A stretch of 64,000 bases of DNA from Eledone cirrhosa (taxonomy: Eukaryota): positions 42,160,001 to 42,224,000 of the forward strand of contig OZ024756.1 of the NCBI GenBank assembly GCA_964016885.1, written 5' to 3'. Every line of letters starts with the position of its first letter. Within the stretch, counting starts at the first letter, position 1. Position numbers and translations under genes: made by a program. Under the pieces are notes generated by a model. It had not been told where the DNA came from, made no database searches, and worked only from the letters and a program-made list of their open reading frames with translations. This document shows positions 51,384 through 64,000 of this stretch, piece by piece.

Positions 51384-54300
51384 CTCATTCTCAAAAATGA
51401 AATAATTTCAACTTAGTTTTGTAAGCTGGCAAACCTACATCTTAACATTTCTTGCTCCGATCTCACCAAGAAAATTACTAAACCTGAATTGTCCACTACA
51501 CTGCCCACACTCACACATGCCAAATCATGTTACAGGTCATAACACCATACAACCCTCTCCACCACTTTAGATATTTCCACAATGCTGCTATGTGGCAAAG
51601 ATGTTTAGTGATTTATTTATTAATTGCAGGAAATTATTATATATTTAATTTAATTATAAAACTGACCCTTTAAGGTTCAGTAATTCACCTTTCTGAGATT
51701 TGTGCCCTCAGTGGCTATCTAGTTGGCCTTAACAGTAAAATTACAACTACTTCCTGTAGAAGAGAAAATGTAAAATATGTTCAGAAAAAACTTTAAACTT
51801 GAAATTTTTAAATTAAAACAATGAAAAAGTAAAATCTCACATAGTATCTGAGATATGGTATTTTATAATCAGAGAAAGACTTTATGTACACCCTGTATAA
51901 CTAAATTTCCCATTATTAATTTGGTGTTTGGAACATAACTGAAGCAAAGGTTTTGGGAAGGGTTTTTTTTTTTTTAGATAAATATATATGTTTGGACAGT
52001 TTCAGGTGGTTTGGTGTCAAAAGGGTTAACAGACAGACACACACACCTAAATCTCTGTGGCCTATTTTGGGAAGGAACCTATTTTGTGTTGCTAATATTC
52101 CCTTTCCTCCATAAATGCTTATTTTTGGTGATTGAAAAAAAAGTTTTTTTAGGACAATTAATCTTTTTCTCAAATTTCGTTATGCCTACATTTATTTCTA
52201 TCTCTATCCATTGATAAGTATTTCAAGAAATCCATGTATGTATATTTAATTTCAGTTCATATATAACCTACTGTGATATTTAATGTTAAACATTCCTTTA
52301 AATGGATCCAAAAATGCCTGTGTAATCTTTTTTTATTTTTTATTTAGCTATTAAACACTGAAAGCAGAGTGACCCTTTTCTGACCATATTTCTAATAAAA
52401 GACTCAAATAATTTTGAAAATAATAAAGAATTTGAGGGGATTTCATAATATAATTAACTTTGCTGTTATGATGGAAGTTTTTTTTAAGATAAATATAAAC
52501 AATATGGTATTTTAGAACCAGGGATAGTTGTAAATCGTTTCTAGTGAAATACATCACAAATTTGTTTCGTTTAATGTTTAAAATAGTCAAGACGTTTGAT
52601 GGGTTTAGTAAAATATATATATTTCTTTCATTTTAAGATGGTCTAAGTTAAAGTTTTAATTCAAATGATGATGATTAGGATGATGATGTTGAACATTTCA
52701 AAACAAAAATGTTTGTGTCAACAATTGAAGGCAGTAGTCTCAGACAAGTTGGTTTCAAGTTGGTTTCAATCTTATTATTTTGTTCTTTGCTTTAAGTGAA
52801 TACAGAACTTCCATATAAATTTAGTTTTCACATTCAAATGACACATATTTCAATATAATATTTATGTAATTATTTATACCAAAGAACAATATAAATTTAA
52901 TATAAAAAAAGGTCCTGTATTTTATCTTTCAGATGTAGCTTCCATCCATTTTCAGTATATAATTATTTCATGGCTAATTAATTATTAATTAATTAAGGAA
53001 ATACCTTGAATTATTGTTAACTAATGTACCTTCTATGCTATGCTGGTGTACAGACATGCTATTGCTGTATTATTGCTGCACACATCAACATGTTGCCACT
53101 GTTGCAGTGCACATTCAAAAGGTCACTGCTGTTCATTATCTTTGAATTTAAAACACTTTGACAGAATTTTTGGTGCTTTGAGCAAAGGTGGTTGTGAAAA
53201 ATCAGAGCAAATATAAGTGTTAATTACAGGTGACCTTATAACAGTGTGACTAATGTTAGATATTTATTATTCTAATTATATAATATTAACTACCATATAT
53301 ACTTGTGTATAAAATCATGCCTTTATCAAGCAAAGGTAGCAGAAAAATTGATGTACTTGTATATGGTGCATTGTAATTGTTATTCCTTTAGCACTAACAC
53401 AGCGTCATTCATAATAGAGGCTGATATGAAAGCAGATACACTAGTATAAATATGTTTGTAACTTATACACTGGTAAGACTTATACATTAGTATGTCTGCC
53501 ACTTATCAGTGCAACATATACACTGGTAAGCTGCAGACATACTATACTGTTGCGACTTATACATTAGTATATGTTTGCCACTTACCAAACTAGTGCAACA
53601 TATACACTGGTAAGCTGCAGACATACTGTTGCGACTTATACATCAGTATATATATATTTGGTATACCTTATTTTCTTTGTACAATTTTTGATAACACTTT
53701 GGAAAACTATTCTAGATACCCTAGATTAGATTTTTTAACAAAATGTTGCTGCATTCTGCTTCATTCATAAAAATAACAGGCAATTTTATTCAGGGTATAA
53801 AACCCAATCCCACACAGCCCTGCGGGGTGGGGGTCATTTCATGCAATGGAATTTGTTTTCTTTTGTTAAAACTGTAATATACTTTGCAAGTTATGCATAA
53901 ATAAATGTTTTGTTCGTTGACTTCTCAGACACTTCTTTGTAACATATTCTATGTTAATCAATAAACAGATGTTATATCGAAAATAATGCTATTTGTCTCA
54001 AATAAAGATCTTCTTTCAACAACTAACCCCCTGTATTTTATTGTTTGTTTGTAAGACGACAAATTAAATCATTTGTGTTTGTTCTGCTGCTCTCTGTTTA
54101 AAATCTCGCTGACCTACCTTCGAAATTAAAAATAAATATAAAACAAGGGAGGAGAAAACCAGGTATTTAAAGAAATTCAAAACTGTATTTAAAATGTGTA
54201 TGGTCCCGTAACTCCTGATAGTCGTAGAGGCACCATAGTAACATACAGCCTTTCTTGGGCATTTTAAGCCCGAGTACAGCAGATTTCTTCCATAGGAAGT

Positions 54301-54575
54301 GAGAAAGAGATATAGAGTATTTAATGAAGAAATTCAAAAATAACTAGGTATTTAAAGAAAGAAATTCACAATAGGGAACTGTATTTAATGAAGATTTTAT
54401 TTGAAGTGTTGAATTATGCAAAAAAAAAAAAAATATATATATATGACAAAGCTTATTGACTTCTAGTAGTTGATCAAGGACATGAAAAAGCAACAAATAG
54501 TATAGTAGTAGTAGTAGACATACAGGACAGACGATATCAACAGTTTTGGTGGAAAGAAATGATAGAAATGGGGGG

Positions 54576-54606
<31 letters not shown>

Positions 54607-55721
54607 GCAAGATACAACATGTCTCTGTGTAAAGTCTTTAGTTGAGCACCACGTCAGCCATATTTAGAGCTTTCACTTATCTATCTCTCACACTATATAA
54701 CTTTGATAGGTTTCAGCCAGTATTGTCCCAGGCAATGTCTAATATATATATATTAGACAAACAAATCGAATAGTACTTGCTGTACAACAGCTAAAACTTT
54801 GATTTACAACTATTATATAATTACATTGAAAAAAAAAAAAAGACCAAAGATTTAATTATATTTTAATTAACGCACGTTTCTTTCACACTAAACGTCTAAA
54901 ATAAGGATTTCATACAAATAGAATTGTATGTAGACTTCTGAGTAGTTTACTGTAACTTCTTCACCTACCTTTATCAGTTTTCATATTTGAAAACGATTTC
55001 TTGTAAACTTTTTTTTTTTTACACACAGACACACACACACAGAGAGTGTTGAAGCGTGGAATAATAAAAATGGTTGTTTTGAAAGCCTCAACAATGCAGA
55101 TGGGTAAATCAGGTGGTAATATGAGAGTACATTCCTCTTACATCTCTCTCATATTACCACCTGGAGATTTACCCATCTGTATTGTTGAGGCTTCCAAAAC
55201 GACCATTTATATATATAATATACATGCTCCATGTAATTTAACATCCTCTGTTCTTCAGCAGTGAAAAGAAGCTGGACGATTAAGGGTAGTTCAGGAAGCA
55301 AAGTATTTAAAATTTCAAAATTTTAAGAAAACCAAGGATAGGAAATCCTTTATTTATACATCTCTACAAATGTTTCAACTCGGCTAGAATATCGCATCCA
55401 TAATGGAGTTAGTTGTAAACTAGTAATCTCCAGTTTCTCTGCAAACAGATGTGATATTCTAGCCTCGTTGAAACGTTCATAGCGATACATAAATAAATAA
55501 TTTCCTATCCTCGGCTTTTTAAAAACTTTGTTGTGTGTATATATATATATATATATATTTCTCAACACAGTTGCTTGCTACCTAAGGTCTCAAAGCTTAC
55601 TCAAGCAGTCATAGATGAGGTAAATGTAATTATAGTAACTTTTATCTAACTATTGTTATGTATTAATAAGAGAATTTTAAAATTTAAACTTTATAAAAGT
55701 GAAATTCTCTACTTATGAATC

Positions 55722-55832
55722 TTAACCTTTAGCACACTGAATTTTTTTTTACGAATTCCTTCCCTTGACACTGCCTTAAGGGGAGATCACTCTATTGGCG
55801 ACATAAGGCGCCTAGAGCGCACTGAAGGTTAA
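55722..55832. mobile_element. Short TTAA-flanked MITE-like element
   Basis: TTAACCTTTAGCACACT ... AGCGCACTGAAGGTTAA. Confidence 0.45.
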
Positions 55833-58384
55833 AAGACTATGTTGAAACTTTGGTATAATGTTCTCTCTAGCAATCATTAATAAACAGACATCAATAAACT
55901 TCCATACAACATTTACACAAGAATAACTGAATATGTGCCAGTATAGTAGAAAACAACAAGATATGGATCCCTAAAAACGCTGAAAGATTTGTGTGATGTA
56001 AAACAAAAATAAACTGTCTTAGCTCCTCAGCTCAAATTTAATCAGCAAGTTGAGCTTTGAATATCCAACACCACATTTCCTTCCTTCCTTCCTACCTACC
56101 TTTTTTTTCCTTACCAATTTTCTTCTTTTTTTTGGTAAGAAAGACAGATAAACTCTATAGCAGACCTAGAGATTGGTTGTAGATTTTTTTTCTGTTTTTT
56201 TTTTTAGACAATATCCTAAAAAATAACTTTTTTTTTTCACAACACCGTTTGAGATACAAAGTATTATCTTGAACATGGTACATTAGACAATGAAATTTGG
56301 AACTAATCAATACAAAATAGGAAATGAAGAATGTTATTGAAAAATTATATGCAAAATATCTATCTAAAAATATTTCCATTTTCAATAAAATATAAAAATC
56401 AATAATAGATTTTTGTTTTTTGTTTTGTTTTTTGCAAATACACTTTATGAATACACAGTTAAAAATTCAAGTAACCAGTAAAATTAAAAAAATACAAAAT
56501 TTTTACATATTCAGGAAAAAAAAAAGAAGTCCAGAAATGTAAAAAAAAATAAAAAATAATCTGAATAATTTAAGTTATGTGTGAGGCGTGTGTATGGGTG
56601 AGGTGTGTGTGAAAAACGTGCATGTATGTTTTACCTGAACAAATGATGTTGAGTTAAATATTACATAATTTCACTTTATAATTAGCACCAGTTTGTTAAG
56701 GTCCCCCAATACCCAGAAGCTGATGGAACCAAACTCTGTCCCTGGATGGGAAGCTAGTCTGTTGCAGGGTTAACTCCCATCTGTTGCTGCTACTGGTATG
56801 CAGTTTTCATTTCCCTTTTTCAGCAGAGTGGACAGGAGCAATGAAATGAACTATCTTGCTCAAGGACACAATGCACCACCCTGAGTGGGAAATCAAACCC
56901 TCGGCCTGATAAATGCAAGCTTGACACCCTAATTTATAGGTCAGGCCAGGGAGCCCAACACCCTAATTTATAGGTTGGGCCAGTAAACCCCTACAGATGT
57001 TTAGGTAAGTGAACTAAAAATATGAGCCCAACATAGTAATTTAAAAGTCAGACCAGGGAGTCCAACACCCTAATTTATAAATCAGACCAGGGAGCCCAAC
57101 ATAGTAATTTATAGGTCAGACCAGTAAACCCCTACATATATTTCGGTGGGTGAACTAAAAACTGTTTATTTCATAGCAAAGTTTTAAAAAACCAAATTAC
57201 TATAATTAGTTTTTAACATAATTAAAAAGGTGGTTAATTTAGCAGAGTTGTTACAGCATTGTATATTGTTTGTTGTCTGTGTGTTCTGAGTTCAAATCCT
57301 ACAAAGGTCCACTTTGTTTTTCATAATTTCAGGGTTGATAAAATAAAGTCCCAGACCTGTGTTGGTGCAGCTCCCCTCTTCCCCCTTTTTCTCTTTCCAG
57401 CTGTCACACCCTGAATGTTCTGCTGAATTAAAGGATCAAAGGTCGAGAGGGTCAACAAGGCCAACAATGTGTCTCAGTCTGCTTTTGTGACTGAATGGTC
57501 ACCTAAAACCCTTAGTGAAAACATGGTACTATCTACCAAGTCATACTCAATATTCAGTAATGGCCGTAGTAGCAGTTTTAGTGTAATTTAAAAAAAATAA
57601 AAAATTTAAATGAACTTCTATAATTAAAAATTGTAACATGGACAATTAATTTGTAAAATTAACGAAGAAAAATAAAAAACAAAATGTTAAAATGGGAACT
57701 CAGATAAAATGATGGTTGACAGAGTTTTTTGGTAATTTTTATATATATTTTTTATAACCGTTAACTTTAACTATTAACGATGTTTGGTATTATTTCTCAG
57801 TTTTGGTAATTTAACAGAATTCTTATGTACCCAAAGAAGTCAACCTGTGAACATCATCATCATCATCACCGTTTTACGTTGAAGAACGGACGTAAAATGG
57901 TGATGATGATGATGATGATGATGTTCACAGGTTGTAACTTCTTTGGGTACATAAGAATGAAACGGTAGTATAGATACAAAAACGTATGAGTGTGTGTATG
58001 TGTATATATATATATACATATATGTCTACGTACCCATGTACATATATACATACATGCATAAATATATACACATACACACACTCAAGTACACAAATAGATG
58101 TGTGTATTTTTATTTATAGAGATATGTATAAAGAAAGTATATATATTAAAGGGGTGGGGATTCAACAGTAAGCTGAGGTGTTCCAGCTTAACCTCAGCAG
58201 GCCTCTTCAGAAATATACATATATATATACACATATACACATATAAATTTATACACATATATAATATATACACATATAAGTCTATACATATATATATAAT
58301 ATATACATATATGTAAATTTATACACACATTATATATATATAGTAATAATAATAAATGCGAAGACTAATCTGTTATTTTAATAA

Positions 58385-58424
<40 letters not shown>

Positions 58425-58709
58425 ATTTTCTTTGTTCTTTTGCTTGACAGGTGTTTGTGAATTATAACTCAACCAACATCACCCCAGCCCCACCCCTGGC
58501 TATCACTACCCCACCTCCCCTCTGGTCAACACTACCCCCCCACGCCAACACTACCCCATCCACCCCACTGCGGGCCAATGCCCCCCTCCCCCCCAACACT
58601 ACCCTCTCCCCCACCCACTGCAGTCTATTGATACTATAAATAGTATTTCTGTCAGTAGAAATAACTAAACAGTGTTTCTGTGTTCCCTGGTAACTTTAGA
58701 GACCAGCTG

Positions 58710-58909
58710 NNNNNNNNNNNNNNNNNNNNNNNNNNNNNNNNNNNNNNNNNNNNNNNNNNNNNNNNNNNNNNNNNNNNNNNNNNNNNNNNNNNNNNNNNNN
58801 NNNNNNNNNNNNNNNNNNNNNNNNNNNNNNNNNNNNNNNNNNNNNNNNNNNNNNNNNNNNNNNNNNNNNNNNNNNNNNNNNNNNNNNNNNNNNNNNNNNN
58901 NNNNNNNNN
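58710..58909. other. Assembly gap (200 N)
   Basis: Run of N. Confidence 1.
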
Positions 58910-60320
58910 GTTATATTTGGGGAGGGTCATATTTGCGTAATATTGCCAGAATTAATAACAGAACACACTCACTGTTTGGTTGGTTTTCGCTTCTCGCTGT
59001 CTTTTATATCTGCGGTCTAACTTACTCGGTCCTCAATGTTGCCATTGACTGACCGATGGTCAAAAATAATACAGATACAATATAGACACAAACACATATA
59101 TAGTTTACATAATTTACATAAATCTTTCGTTGCACATCTGCAACATCGTCAGTGGTGTTATATTCATTGTTCCTCCTGTTGTGTTGTATGTCTACGCCAT
59201 TTTTTTTGTTCAGTCTGTCTATATATTTATTTATTTATTTATTTGCTTGTTTGTTTATCTTATTTTATTTTGTCTTCTTTGCGCATGCGTTTGCGTGTGT
59301 GTATAGTGTTATGTGTGATGTGTGACTAGTGTGTATAGTGTTGTGTCTGCTGGGTGACTAGTGTGTGTTTATGTGCTTGTTGTTATTGTGCTTGTGTATG
59401 TATTTATTTATCTTATATACTTGCAGAAACATGACAACAACATACATAGGTGAGACAGCTCGTAGCATAGGTGAAAGGATAGACCAACACTGGGGGGAAC
59501 TAAAAGGACGAAAAAACGGGTCAGTACTATACGAACATGCTAGACAACAACATGACGGTAACATAGACAACATAGAAATTAGAATAATATCTAAACATAG
59601 GAATGACCCAGCAGATAGGCAAATCAGAGAGGCCAGTGAAATAGAAATTAGAAGACCAAAGCTAAACAGAAAGAATGAGTGGAACAACAACAACACCGAA
59701 ACAAACAACACTGACCTAAGAGAAGTATAAATAAGTAAATAAAATAAAATAAAATAAGATAAATAAATACATACACAAGCACAATAACAACAAGCACATA
59801 AACACACACTAGTCACCCAGCAGACACAACACTATACACACTAGTCACACATCACACATAACACTATACACACACGCAAACGCATGCGCAAAGAAGACAA
59901 AATAAAATAAGATAAACAAACAAGCAAATAAATAAATAAATAAATATATAGACAGACTGAACAAAAAAAATGGCGTAGACATACAACACAACAGGAGGAA
60001 CAATGAATATAACACCACTGACGATGTTGCAGATGTGCAACAAAAGATTTATGTAAATTATGTAAACTATATATGTGTTTGTGTCTATATTGTATCTGTA
60101 TTATTTTTGACCGTCGGTCAGTCAATGGCAGCATTGAGGACCGAGTAAGTTAGACCGCAGATATAAAAGACAGCGAGAAGCGAAAACCAACCAAACAGTG
60201 AGTGTGTTCTGTTATTAATTCTGGCAATATTACGCAAATATGACCCTCCCCAAATATAACAATATCTGTTTCGACACACGATTTCATATAAAAAACCTCG
60301 CAAAACTAATTCATCGCCGC
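58910..60320 (+). mobile_element. Penelope-like retroelement, 5'-truncated, with inverted pseudo-LTR
   Basis: 58910-59416 is inverted relative to 59754-60260; the loop holds a GIY-YIG fragment; the 3' end runs into TA satellite. Confidence 0.85.
59417..59730 (+). pseudogene. Truncated GIY-YIG endonuclease of a Penelope-like element
   Basis: YIGETARSIGERIDQH...SVLYEH...H...RQIREASEI...PKLNRKNEW: YIGET-R-H-E-N residues typical of PLE endonucleases. Confidence 0.88.
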
Positions 60321-61840
<1,520 letters not shown>

Positions 61841-62277
61841 GTTTTGCGAGGTTTTTTATATGAAATCGTGTGTCGAAACAGATATTGTTATATTTGGGGA
61901 GGGTCATATTTGCGTAATATTGCCAGAATTAATAACAGAACACACTCACTGTTTGGTTGGTTTTCGCTTCTCGCTGTCTTTTATATATATATATCTGCGA
62001 TCTAACTTACTCGGTCCTCAATGTTGCCATTGACTGACCGGCGGTCAAAAATAATACAGATACATGTATATACAGATATATGTGTTTGTCTATATTGTAT
62101 CTGTATTATTTTTGACCGCCGGTCAGTCAATGGCAACATTGAGGACCGAGTAAGTTAGATCGCAGATATATATATATAAAAGACAGCGAGAAGCGAAAAC
62201 CAACCAAACAGTGAGTGTGTTCTGTTATTAATTCTGGCAATATTACGCAAATATGACCCTCCCCAAATATAACAATA
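61841..62277. mobile_element. Fold-back copy of the same Penelope pseudo-LTR 3' end
   Basis: 61841-62064 (-) and ~62075-62277 (+) match 60070-60305; TA-satellite flanks. Confidence 0.85.
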
Positions 62278-62370
62278 TATATATATATAAATATATATAT
62301 ATATGAATATATATATATATGAATATATATATATATGAATATATATATATATATATAAATATATATATAA

Positions 62371-62401
<31 letters not shown>

Positions 62402-62533
62402 AATATATATATAAATATATATATATATAAATATATATGAATATATATATATATGAATATATATATATATATATGAATATATATATATATATATGAATAT
62501 ATATATATATATATATATGAATATATATATATA

Positions 62534-62567
<34 letters not shown>

Positions 62568-62779
62568 TATATATATATATATATATGAATATATATATAT
62601 ATATATGAATATATATATATATATATGAATATATATATATATATATATGAATATATATATATATGAATATATATATATATATATATATATATGAATATAT
62701 ATATATATATATATGAATATATATATATATGAATATATATATATATATATATATATATGAATATATATATATATATATA

Positions 62780-62833
<54 letters not shown>

Positions 62834-62895
62834 TATATATATATATATATATGAATATATATATATATATATATGAATATATATATATATATATA

Positions 62896-62929
<34 letters not shown>

Positions 62930-62985
62930 TATATATATATATATATATGAATATATATATATATATATATGAATATATATATATT
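62278..62985. repeat. Second (TA)n/GA satellite block
   Basis: Direct inspection. Confidence 0.97.
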
Positions 62986-63042
62986 ATAAAAATTATAAAA
63001 AATAAACCAAAGAAGCCTTCAATACATCAAAAGTCTTTATTA

Positions 63043-63080
63043 GCCAACAATGTTTCGTCCCATTAAGGACTCATCAGGGC
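63043..63080 (-). ncRNA. Minimal type I hammerhead ribozyme motif, family F
   Basis: GCC-CTGATGA-GTCC TTAATG GGAC-GAAA-CATTG-TT-GGC followed by AATAAA; element end abuts the TA satellite at ~62985. Confidence 0.75.
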
Positions 63081-63757
63081 AAGTAAAGCTACAAGAAGCA
63101 CTATCGGCCAATACAAGCCAAAAACTCAGAAGAATATGGAGTATACATCTATTAAAGCTTAGGAAAGATATCAAGGAAAAGTTGGCTAAGATTAAGAGTG
63201 AGCAGTTACAAACATAGATATAGACCAAATAGCAAGGAAGTGATTAACATGTTGAACCCACATTGTAAATATTGTATAATGCAAAAACTTGAAACACAAA
63301 TGGTAATATAATGCGAGAATTACAGTACGATATAGAATATAATATAGTATAATATATGGTGATAATAAAAAGCTTAATATATGTATATATATATATCTAT
63401 ACATATACACATTAGTACAAACACAAACTAACACTTATTAAGTATTTAAATATATATATATATATTGTTTACAGTATAATATAATAAAGATAAAGATAAG
63501 AATAAAGATAAAAATAAAAATAAAATATAATATATAATTCCCTGTCAGTGTGCATAAACAATATAGAAACATTATAATAACATTATAATAACAATATTAT
63601 AATATATTGGCATCAAAAGATATACAAAATTACATCATGTATATAATTCAAGGTTAACAAATAGTATAAAGTTTTACACAGGGTAAGAAAAAAAATCATA
63701 TAGAACTAAATTGTGTTGAAATAAATATATATATATATATGAATATATATATATATG

Positions 63758-64000
63758 GTTATATTTGGGGAGGGTCATATTTGCGTAATATTGCCAGAAT
63801 TAATAACAGAACACACTCACTGTTTGGTTGGTTTTCGCTTCTCGCTGTCTTTTATATCTGCGGTCTAACTTACTCGGTCCTCAATGTTGCCATTGACTGA
63901 CCGATGGTCAAAAATAATACAGATACAATATAGACACAAACACATATATAGTTTACATAATTTACATAAATCTTTCGTTGCACATCTGCAACATCGTCAG
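63758..64000 (-). mobile_element. Further copy of the same Penelope pseudo-LTR, running off the window
   Basis: Appears identical to 58910-59152. Confidence 0.85.

Noticed and set aside
58170-58215. CTGAAGA plus hairpin on - strand as a hammerhead
   Set aside because: No GAAA at the right position and no stem I partner.
58451-58639. Acceptor-like site followed by a Pro-rich ORF
   Set aside because: Downstream sequence is the C-rich repeat associated with SINE family 3 (compare 36310-36415 reversed); no donor or homology found.

Overview
AT-rich, repeat-dense eukaryotic DNA. The tRNA-derived SINE types, CR1/RTE LINE relics and long (TA)n tracts suggest an octopus/cephalopod genome (inference). 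One complete + strand multi-exon gene can be assembled by hand: a Dixin (DIXDC1/Ccd1) orthologue with CH domain, coiled coil and DIX domain, 18-19 coding exons from 22992 to 50326, about 620-635 aa, all GT-AG introns in phase. There are weak signs of a divergently transcribed - strand gene at the left edge. The most striking unexplained structure is a set of short non-coding elements, mostly in or beside (TA)n microsatellites and often folded back as inverted repeats. They carry type I hammerhead ribozyme motifs (CUGANGA-stem II-GAAA-stem III-UH) from about 8-9 unrelated sequence families, some with very long stem II. One complete copy lies in sense orientation in a dixin intron. A Penelope-like GIY-YIG endonuclease fragment sits in a similar fold-back at the right end and points to the likely mobilising machinery. 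Nearly all long ORFs in the supplied track are microsatellite or minisatellite artefacts. There is a 200-N gap at 58710-58909.
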